Below are positions 46,063 to 55,100 of a stretch of 64,000 nucleotides of DNA, piece after piece (position 1 is the first letter of the stretch; every line of letters starts with the position of its first letter). Origin of the DNA: an uncultured Verrucomicrobia subdivision 3 bacterium (lineage in GTDB: Bacteria; Verrucomicrobiota; Verrucomicrobiia; Limisphaerales; UBA11358). The position numbers were made by a program, and so were the translations under genes. The stretch lies in NCBI GenBank assembly GCA_903872345.1, contig CAIQKM010000005.1:4601-68600 (forward strand). Direction: 5' to 3'. The notes under the pieces were generated by a model. It had not been told where the DNA came from. It did not search any database and saw only the letters and a program-made list of their open reading frames with translations.

Positions 46063-48582
46063 ATGGCCCTCTCGCTCCAGTTTGCTTTCCCGCTGCCCAA
46101 CGGCCTGCACGCCCGTCCCGCCAGCCTGCTCGAAGCCGTCACGCGCCGCTACCTCGCCGGCATCACCCTCGCCAACCGGCGCACCGGCGCCAGCGCCGAT
46201 GTCAAAAGCGTGCTCGCTCTCATCGGCCTGGACACCCGTCATCAGGACGCCTGCGAATTCACCATCAGCGGTCCCGACGAACGCGAAGCCCTCGCCGCCC
46301 TGACCGTTTTCATTCGCGACACCCTGCCGCATTGCGATGACCCGCCGCCCGACGGCGGCGGAGCCGTGGCCGCACCCCGGTTACCGGCCATGCTGTCAGC
46401 GGAAGCCATCACCGCCTTTTACGGCACCCCGGTGGTGCCCGGCATTGCCGCCGGCCGCGTCGTGCTCGCCGGCGGATTCCAAATTCCCGCCAGCCTGCCG
46501 CGAAGCGGTTGCGCCGATCCCGCCGCCGAGTGGGAAACCCTCGCCGCCGCGCTGCAACGCGTCATTGCCTACTACGACCAACGGCTCGCCGCCGCCAAAA
46601 ACCAGCTTATCCGCGATTTGCTGCAAGCGCATCAGGCCATCGCCCGCGACCCCGAACTCAGCCGCCAGTTGCACCAGGCCGTCGCCCAGGATGGCCGCAC
46701 CGCCGCCGGGGCCATTGCGGACACCACCGCCCATTTCACCGACCTCTTCGCCCGCAGCGGCAGCGCCCTGCTGCGCGAACGCGGCCTGGATATTCAGGAT
46801 GTGGCGCTGCACCTGCTGCGACAGGTTTACGGCGCCGCCGCCCAAACCCGCGAGATCAAGCTGGACGCCCCCGCCATCCTCCTCGCGGAATCCCTCACGC
46901 CCGGCCAGTTCCTCGCGCTGGACCGCACTTTCCTGCGCGGCCTCGTGCTGCTGCACGCCGGCACCACCTCCCATACCGTTATTTTGGCCCGCAGCTTTGG
47001 CCTGCCCACCCTCACCGGCGCGGCCGTGGCGGATGCCGCCGCCCTCGCGGGACAGGAAGCCGTGCTCGATGGTTTTGCCGGGGCCTTGCTCACGCAGCTC
47101 ACCGACCCCGCCCGCCGCTATTATGCGCGGGAACAACTCCGGCTCATCGGCCGGCAGGAACACCTGCAAGCCATCGCCGCCCGCGCCGCCGCCGCCCCGG
47201 TCACGCGCAAAATCGAGATCGCCGCCAACATCGCCACCGCCGGCGAAGCCGCCGCCGCCTTCGCCGCCGGCGCGGAAGGCATCGGCCTGTTCCGCACGGA
47301 AATGCTGTTTCTGGACCGCGAGTCCCCGCCCGATGAAGCCGAACAGTTCGCCGCCTATCGCGAAGTTCTCGCCCAGGCGGGCGAGCGCACCGTCATCATC
47401 CGCACCCTCGACAGCGGCGGCGACAAACCGCTCGATTACCTCCATCTCCCCGCCGAGGACAACCCCTTCCTCGGCTTTCGCGCCGTCCGGATTTATCCCC
47501 GCTTCGAGGAACTGTTCCGCACCCAAATCCGCGCCCTCCTCCGCGCCTCGGCGCATGGCAAACTAAAATTGCTCGTGCCCATGATCGCCATGCTCGACGA
47601 AGTGCGGTGGGTAAAACGCATCATCGCCGAGGAACAGGCCCGCTGCACCGCCGCCGGCATTCCCTTCGCCGCCACCATGGAAGTCGGCGCCATGATCGAA
47701 GTGCCCGCCGCCGCTTTCATCATGGACACCCTCTGCCATGAACTGGATTTTTTCAGCATCGGCACCAACGACCTCCTGCAATATTTCACCGCCGCCGACC
47801 GCGCCAACCCCAACGTCGCCGCCCTCTACAATCCCCTGCAACCCGCCTTTCTCCGCCTGCTCAAACTGGTCGTGGACGAGGCGCACAAACACGGCAAATG
47901 GATCGGTCTCTGCGGCGAAATGGGCGGCCACGCCCGCTGGCTCCCGCTGCTCGCCGGGCTCGGCCTGGATGAAATCAGCGTGCCCGCCCCGGCCATCGCC
48001 CAGATCAAGGCCGAACTCGCCGGCTGGCCGCCGGCGCCTTGCCGCCAGTTGCTCGCCGCCGCCCTCAATTGCGCCACCGCCAATGAAGTCGCCGGCCTCC
48101 TCCGGCAGGCTTCCGCCCAGGCGACCGTCCCGCTGTTCGCCCCGGAACTGGTGCTCACCGGCCAGACCGCCCTCACCCGCGAGGAAGCCGTCAAGCTCGC
48201 CACCGACCGCCTCTACGTCCTCGGCCGCACCGACGATTCGCGCGGCCTGGAACAGGCCGTTCTGGACCGGGAAAAAAACTGCTCCACCGGCTTTGGCTTC
48301 GGCTTCGCCATCCCCCACGGCCAGACCGACGCCCTCCGCTCCGACTCCCTCGTCCTCGTGAAGCTGAACACCCCCGTTGCCTGGAACGCCCTCGATGGCC
48401 GGCCCGTCAGCGTGATTTTCCTCCTGTGCATTCGCGAAAGCGAACCCGTCGCCCGCCACCTCCCCGTGCTCGCCCGCCTCGCCCGCCGCGTCATGGACCC
48501 CGATTTCCGCGCCCGCGTGCTGGCCGAGAACGAACCGCCGGCGCTTTACGCGTTGCTTCAGGGATACTTGAAAATTGAGTAA
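46063..48582 (+). CDS. Multiphosphoryl-transfer PTS protein: HPr domain, Enzyme I and EIIA type-2 domain
   Basis: N-terminal HPr-like GLHARPAS. EI core HAGTTSHTVILARSFGLPT and FFSIGTNDLLQYF. C-terminal EIIA-2 GFGFAIPHGQTD. The domain order matches the E. coli PtsA/FrwA-type architecture as I recall it. Confidence 0.9.
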   Translation: MALSLQFAFPLPNGLHARPASLLEAVTRRYLAGITLANRRTGASADVKSVLALIGLDTRHQDACEFTISGPDEREALAALTVFIRDTLPHCDDPPPDGGGAVAAPRLPAMLSAEAITAFYGTPVVPGIAAGRVVLAGGFQIPASLPRSGCADPAAEWETLAAALQRVIAYYDQRLAAAKNQLIRDLLQAHQAIARDPELSRQLHQAVAQDGRTAAGAIADTTAHFTDLFARSGSALLRERGLDIQDVALHLLRQVYGAAAQTREIKLDAPAILLAESLTPGQFLALDRTFLRGLVLLHAGTTSHTVILARSFGLPTLTGAAVADAAALAGQEAVLDGFAGALLTQLTDPARRYYAREQLRLIGRQEHLQAIAARAAAAPVTRKIEIAANIATAGEAAAAFAAGAEGIGLFRTEMLFLDRESPPDEAEQFAAYREVLAQAGERTVIIRTLDSGGDKPLDYLHLPAEDNPFLGFRAVRIYPRFEELFRTQIRALLRASAHGKLKLLVPMIAMLDEVRWVKRIIAEEQARCTAAGIPFAATMEVGAMIEVPAAAFIMDTLCHELDFFSIGTNDLLQYFTAADRANPNVAALYNPLQPAFLRLLKLVVDEAHKHGKWIGLCGEMGGHARWLPLLAGLGLDEISVPAPAIAQIKAELAGWPPAPCRQLLAAALNCATANEVAGLLRQASAQATVPLFAPELVLTGQTALTREEAVKLATDRLYVLGRTDDSRGLEQAVLDREKNCSTGFGFGFAIPHGQTDALRSDSLVLVKLNTPVAWNALDGRPVSVIFLLCIRESEPVARHLPVLARLARRVMDPDFRARVLAENEPPALYALLQGYLKIE

Positions 48583-48760
48583 TACCGCTTGAAGTTTGAA
48601 ACTTCACTATGATCCGTGGTGTATAATGGCTGCGCCGCGCCGGGCGCGAGCGGAGCGCGGCGTTCAAAGCAAAAGCGGTCTGGCCGATGCCAGCGCCCTG
48701 GTTCCTCGTACTTTGAAGCGGGCTGAACCGCGCTCCGTTTTCATAGCTTTGATTCAATAA

Positions 48761-51700
48761 TCAGGGTCCGAGCATCACGCGATAGAAACGAGCACGAAGG
48801 TTCGTCAAACCAGCATCCGTCCAATTGAAGGGCGGCACGGGAGAATTGGTGGTAAAGAGAGTCTGCCAGCCGCCCGCCGCCAAATTGGTTGAACCTTCAA
48901 TGGTGTAATTGGGACCGGCGTCGCCGCTGATGGTGAGGCCAAACTGCCCCGTCGTGAATCCCGCCACCCCCAGCACGGGCTTGCGCGGCGAGATCACTCC
49001 CACCCAAAAGTTTTGGGTCGCCGCCAGACTGGCCGTATTCGTTACCACCACCGTGAACTGGTTGCTGGTGCCGCCCATGACCACGGGCGGACGCCAGGTA
49101 ACAACGCCGCTCGCCGGGTTGATCCCCGCGCCGGCGGGCGCGACGGGCAACGAAAAACCGAGCGCCAGCGCCGGCGCATTCCGATCACCCGCCTGATTGG
49201 TCACGGACAAGGTTGTCCCGGCGATGAGGACACGGTTGGTGATCGCCGCCAGAACCGGAGGCAGCAACGGGTTCAACCAGACCGCGCTCATTGGCAACAC
49301 GGTATAAGTGAGCTGGCCATTGGTCACGACCATGGACGGCTGGAACCCGCCAAACCAGGAGCCATCGGGATTGATGGTGGCACCGCCGAGCGTATAGCCG
49401 TTGGTGCTGTTGAGCGATGGACCGGTCAGAATCAGGGCCTGCGCGGCGGCGACGTTGGTGCCCAGACTGATGGTCACTTTCACGGCGTTGGCGGCGTCCT
49501 TGTTGTTCAACACCGCCCCCAGCGCGCCATTGGTATAACGAATGCCATAGGCGGCGAAATTGATGGCGGGCGCCGGTGCAATGACCGCCGGCAGGGCGCT
49601 GCCGCCGGCGGCGATGGAAAACAGTTTGAGGGCATAATATTCCGGCCGCGCCGCCACCACGCCCGTACCGTTGTCGGCAATCGGCGTATAGGATGAGGCG
49701 CCGCTGCCGCCACTGTGAAAATTGATCCCCTGGCCCCCGTTGACGGCGATAGTGAACAGCACATCCACGGCCCAGAGCGCGGAACCATATTGGGCGCTAT
49801 TGGTGTTGCCCCCGCCGGAAAAGGAGCCGGACTCGTCCACACGAAAACCTTGCGGCAGGCTGAAATGACCGGCCGCCGACACGAGGTTGCTCACGTCGGC
49901 CGCCAGGCTGGGATCCAACTGGAGCAGCTCCGCCATGGTGGCATTGGTGGACGTGGCGCTGTCGCGGTAATAGTGATGGGTTGCCAGGGAAATCACCTTT
50001 GACTCATTGGTTATAAACGGCAGGGTGTAACCCGAAACATTCCAGGACGTGGCCGGGCCGGTGATCGTCCAGCCCACGCCATGATTGGTCACCGCCCAGC
50101 CGGGCACCGAGTTGGTGATGGCGGCGGCAAAAGGCTGCCACTCCGCGAGGAAATTCGCGTAGCTGTAAGTATTGGTGCGGTAATAGTCGTGATACAAATC
50201 CGGTTCGTTGCCAATTTCAAATCCCAGCAGGCGCGAACCCAGCGCATTGGCGGCGTACGCCGCTTCGGCGGCGGCGTTGGCCGCCGTGTTGGAGACCTGG
50301 TTGACGGCATAAATCACGCTCCAATTTGTGGGCAGGGCGTTCACAAAACCGGCCAGGGCGTCCACCTGCGCGGGCGTGATAGCCGGACAGTTGGACAATC
50401 CGTTCCAACACGTCGAATCCACCGAAGCCGCGCCGATGCGCAAGACGCCTGCACCCAAACGGCCCAGCATGCCGAGCAAGGAGATGTCGTTTGAGCTAAA
50501 GAGGCTGCCGCTCATCTGCGCTTTTTCATAACTGAATCCGCAGAAAGCCGGATTGATCGGTATGCCCGTATTCGTGGCCGAAAAGCTGACCGAGGCGTTC
50601 ACCACGGAATTGCTGACCGCAGTGACCACCAACTGCAACAGCGAGCCGGTATCGTTAAGGCTGGCGGCCATGCCGGCCGGCAACGAGTTCAGCGCCCAGG
50701 TTCCGCCACCGCTTTTGGCCCCGTACGCCAGCAATGGAATGGTGCCGACGTAATATGCGAAAGCCGAACCGATGACGTTGACTCTGGCAGTTCCTTGGAT
50801 GACCAAGTTGCTGACGGACAACATCGGCGCGACGGGATTGGCCGGAACCTGATTATTAAATTCCATGATTGCACCGGCACTGACACCCAAAGTGAGCGAA
50901 CTGTTGGTGAGGGTCTGCGCCAGACCCATGACCTGTACGCAATTCGTGGCGCCATCGGCGACCGTCACGGCCCCGGAGAGGCTGCTGGCCGAGGAGATGG
51001 CCAACCGGCCGGCATTGATGACCGTCGTGCCGGTGTAGGTGTTGGTGCCGAGCAACGCCAGCAAACCGGTGCCATTCTTAACCAGCGAACCCGGTCCCAT
51101 GAGGTTTCCCCAAAATGCGTTGCTGGAATTATTGCCGCCTGCGGTCAGCGTGATGGCGGCGGGAGTGGTGGCATTATTCTGAAGCGCCACAGTCACGCCG
51201 GCCGTTGCCCCCGCCAGTCCGCCAACGGAAAAAGCCCGGCCACTGACGGCCTGATCGAATTGCAAAACGCCGCCGTTCAGCGTGACCGTGCTGTACTGGG
51301 CGGCGTTCGCATTGGCCAGGTCATTGGTGCCGGCGTTGACGGTCAGCGGCCCGGTGAAGGTGTTGGCGTTGGAGAGCACCAGTGCGCCCGCGCTGTTCCA
51401 GAGCAAACCGGAGCCGGCGGGATTTTCATTAATCAAACCCGGAATCACCAACGTGTAAGCGGCATTGTTGACTGCAATTTGCGCCTGCGGGCCGGCGAGG
51501 GTGATGGTGCGGGACGGGGCGAGCCAGAAGATGCCGCCATTGGCGCTGCTGGCTTCGGTCAAGCTGGCGCCGTTGGTGATCACCAGATTATTGTTCGTGT
51601 TCCCCAGGCTGTAGTCGGCCTGAATGCCGAGTGACCCGCCCAGAACGCTGATGGTTCCGGAATAGGGTTGAGCCAGACTATTGTAACGAAACGTCAACGT

Positions 51701-52114
51701 GCCCGCGCCGGTCTTGCTGAAACCCTGGGTGCCGGACAACACAACATAAAAATACACGTTCCCGCCATTGGTTACGTATATGGTCGGCGACCCGGCGGAT
51801 ACCTGGGCGACCAGCCTGTCATTGGCAGTATCCGAGCCGAAGGCGAGGCTCCCGCCGCCGTAGAGGATATTGATCGTGCCGTTGGTGAACGGGCTGCCGG
51901 TCGTGAGATAGGGTTGCAGGCCGTTGGTCCAATTGACCACGGCATCCACGGAATTGGGCACCCCGCCGGGAGACCAGTTGCCAGCACTGCCCCATTGTCC
52001 GCCGGAGGGGCCAATCCACGTGCTCTGCGCCGACAGGGAAAAGACACTGATCGCAAGCAGCCATACCGGCAGCCAGGCAACCCGGATACGGCCGCATGTT
52101 CGGAAAATCATCAT
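48761..52114 (-). CDS. Giant secreted protein: N-terminal PATR repeats, GH79-like glycoside hydrolase region, Ig/cadherin-like domain, RFYR C-terminal module
   Basis: Signal peptide. Repeats of the type NTYTGTTVINAGRLAIS. Central FEIGNEPDLY (candidate acid/base Glu) and FRVDESGSF (candidate nucleophile), then YGSALWAVD...GINFHSGG...YYALKLF as in bacterial GH79. Ends RARFYRVMLGP. Confidence 0.7.
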   Translation of the reverse strand: MMIFRTCGRIRVAWLPVWLLAISVFSLSAQSTWIGPSGGQWGSAGNWSPGGVPNSVDAVVNWTNGLQPYLTTGSPFTNGTINILYGGGSLAFGSDTANDRLVAQVSAGSPTIYVTNGGNVYFYVVLSGTQGFSKTGAGTLTFRYNSLAQPYSGTISVLGGSLGIQADYSLGNTNNNLVITNGASLTEASSANGGIFWLAPSRTITLAGPQAQIAVNNAAYTLVIPGLINENPAGSGLLWNSAGALVLSNANTFTGPLTVNAGTNDLANANAAQYSTVTLNGGVLQFDQAVSGRAFSVGGLAGATAGVTVALQNNATTPAAITLTAGGNNSSNAFWGNLMGPGSLVKNGTGLLALLGTNTYTGTTVINAGRLAISSASSLSGAVTVADGATNCVQVMGLAQTLTNSSLTLGVSAGAIMEFNNQVPANPVAPMLSVSNLVIQGTARVNVIGSAFAYYVGTIPLLAYGAKSGGGTWALNSLPAGMAASLNDTGSLLQLVVTAVSNSVVNASVSFSATNTGIPINPAFCGFSYEKAQMSGSLFSSNDISLLGMLGRLGAGVLRIGAASVDSTCWNGLSNCPAITPAQVDALAGFVNALPTNWSVIYAVNQVSNTAANAAAEAAYAANALGSRLLGFEIGNEPDLYHDYYRTNTYSYANFLAEWQPFAAAITNSVPGWAVTNHGVGWTITGPATSWNVSGYTLPFITNESKVISLATHHYYRDSATSTNATMAELLQLDPSLAADVSNLVSAAGHFSLPQGFRVDESGSFSGGGNTNSAQYGSALWAVDVLFTIAVNGGQGINFHSGGSGASSYTPIADNGTGVVAARPEYYALKLFSIAAGGSALPAVIAPAPAINFAAYGIRYTNGALGAVLNNKDAANAVKVTISLGTNVAAAQALILTGPSLNSTNGYTLGGATINPDGSWFGGFQPSMVVTNGQLTYTVLPMSAVWLNPLLPPVLAAITNRVLIAGTTLSVTNQAGDRNAPALALGFSLPVAPAGAGINPASGVVTWRPPVVMGGTSNQFTVVVTNTASLAATQNFWVGVISPRKPVLGVAGFTTGQFGLTISGDAGPNYTIEGSTNLAAGGWQTLFTTNSPVPPFNWTDAGLTNLRARFYRVMLGP

Positions 52115-52150
52115 GGTCAGAAAGGTGAAATATAAACGCGGTCAGGCACC

Positions 52151-55100
52151 CTAAGGTCCAAGTAAAACGCGGTAAAAGCGCGCTGGCGTTAGGGAAGTAT
52201 TTGTTTCTGTCCAGACAAACGGCACGAGCGGCGCATTGGTGGCAAAGCGGATTTGCCAGCTTGCCGGGGCGAGGTTCGTCGTGGCTTGGATCGTATAGTC
52301 AGGGCCGTAGTCCCCGGAAATTCTGAAACCAAACTGTTTTCCGGAAAAGGCCGGCGACGAAATGAGCGGTGCCTGCGGCCGGATGACATTCACATAAAAG
52401 CTTTGCGTGGCGGCCAGATTTGCCGTGTTAGTGACAACCACCATGAACGGATAATTCGTCCCGCTTTGCGCGATCAGCGGACGCCAGGTGATCACTCCGC
52501 TCGCCGGATTGATGTTCGCCCCGCCCGGACAGGTCGGCAGGGCAAAACCCAGCGCCAAGGCGGGCACATTGGGATCGGTGGCCTGGCTCGTCATTGCCAG
52601 ACTGGCGCCGGCGACAAGCGTCCGATTGGTGATCGGCAGGCAGACGGGTGGCAACGTGTTGGTGTAGTTGGCCACGGTTGCAAAAAACGCGGTGCTGGCG
52701 GTCAAGGTGCCATCGCTGACTGACAGATTTATGCTGGCGTAACCAGTTTGGTTCGTGGCCGGCGTGACGGTCAACGTACTGTTGGTGCCGCTGCCGCCAA
52801 GAATCAGATTTGCATTGGGTATGAGTGTCGGATTTGAGGAGGCGGCGGTCACAATCAAGGATGAGGGGGAGACCGAAGTGTCATTGACCCAAAATGGCAG
52901 CGGCGCTGAAGGAGTGTTTTTGGCCAGGACCTGATCAAGCACGGTGCTGATGGAAGGGGTGTCATTCACGCTCAAAACCGCCGGGGCGGACGTGATCGCA
53001 CCAGCGCTGTTGGTGATAACGCAACGGAAACTGGCACTGTTGTCCGCCAGCGTCGGCGTGAGAGTATAACCGACGGTGTTCGCGCCCGCAATATTGGTAC
53101 CGTTTCGCTGCCATTGATAAACCGGCGGAGGGGTGCCGGCGGCAACGGCGGTGAACGCCGCCATATTGCCAAGGATGACATTGGTTGAGACCGGCTGGCT
53201 GACAATCACTGGCGGGTAGTTGCTCGATGAAATTGAAACCGTGGCGACGACTGTTTTACCAAGGTAAGGATACGAAGGCAGCGTCAGCGTGAACGGATTG
53301 CTGTTGATGGTCACCGTGAGCTGGTTGACGAGCTGGGCCGAGTTGGTAAAGGGAACGATGGTGTTCGTATAAGGCGCCACCATGTTTTCATACGGATCGG
53401 CCGCGTATAGCGTGGCGATTTGATTGCTGGTGACCATGATCAGCACCGTCGGCCGCGAAACGGATACGGTCAGGTTGGAAGCAAAGAGCGTGGCATTATT
53501 GGTATGGAATACGGCACCCAGCCAGGATTCCGCAGGCACGGAGAGCGCTTGTAAAGCGGCGGTGTTGGTAACGATTACCCAGGGCCGGTTGCCGTTGGTT
53601 GAATACGCGGCCAGGGCGGTCGGCGAAATTCCGGGAAGCACCGCCCAGTCGAAGGTCAGATTATTCGTGGCGGGCGAACTTTGATCCGCATAAAACGAAA
53701 AGATGCGCGCGCCTGACGCCGCCGCACCGGTGGTTTGCGGGACATCCCGCAAGATTTTCACGCCGCCAGCCGGCGGCAGGTAGCCGACCCCCTGATACAG
53801 GGCCCAACTGATGGCGGCGTTGGTGACGCCACCGCCGGTACCGGGAATGGCAAACGTGGTGCCGTTGGTCAGGCCATACGTAATCGTATTCGAGGCGGAA
53901 AGACATTGGTTCAGCGAAGTCGTCGTCGGATACGCATCCTGGGTGGTGTCGAAGCCCGCGCCCAAATGGACAACCGCCATATCGAGATAAAAAACGGCAC
54001 TGTGGCCGGACAAGGAGATGGGGCTGTTCCAGGTGTCGGTGCGCACATTGCGGGACTGTTCCCAACCGCTGACACCGCTGTTGTTGGCGGCCGCCGTGCC
54101 GGCGAAGGGCAGATTGCCATAAACATAGCGCCAGTAATTCGTGAAGGCGGAGTCCGGGACGGTCTTCGTCGTCACGCCGGGAATCCGGGTGTAATCACAG
54201 GACGCCTCGAAAGGCGCCGCCCCCGTGGAGTTATAACTTACCACGCCGTATTCATTGCCATTCGCGTAAATGTAACTGCCGCCCAGCGGCACAAAAATCT
54301 GACGCCCTTGCGGATAATAGCCCGCGAGCGGATTTTGCAGATTTTCAATGGCGCAGGTCCGTTGGGAAGCGCCGCGGAAGGTGACCAGGTAATTGGGGTA
54401 ATGCTGGCAGGAATAATCTGAAGAATAAAAATGTGTGAAGGTATGGTTGGTAAACGGCCAGCGGTTCGTGCCCGGGTTGTTGTTATTGTTCCAGGTGAGC
54501 AACGCTTGCAATTCATTGGTGCGATAGCCGTAACCGATGATGTTGTTGAGCCAACTGTTCAGATTATAGGTGGGGGTATATTCTGTGCTCGAAGTCATAC
54601 TTCGTGAAGCCAGCACGCGATCCGGATAGCCTTGGTTCACCGGGGCAACGCCTTGAATCATGCAATCGGCATAAAGCTGGTTGATGCCCAGCACCGGAGG
54701 CATGGCCCAGCGCGGATAATTGGCCATGTCATTGCGGCACTGAATCAGTCCGTTGAGATACGATCCGCCATAAAGCAACAGGTAGGGCGTGCCATGTTCC
54801 CCCAGCATATAGTCCACCGTCATCTGCGGCAGCGACGTATAAGCGGGCCACCCCGGCGGCCCCTCATGTTTCGCCCCCATCAGCGAACAGCCATGCCAAA
54901 AATGCTGAAAGGTGGCGTCCAATCCTTCCAACCGCACGGCGTTCGTGCTCTGCGTGAGATATTTCAACACGATGCCTTGCGAGGTCCAGACCATGTTTCC
55001 GCCGGTGACTTGGAATTGCAGGTTCGCGGTGGTGATGGACCCGTTGGCCGGCGTCATATACATGGTGTCAATATGGCCGTTCCGCCACAGGTCGGGGATG

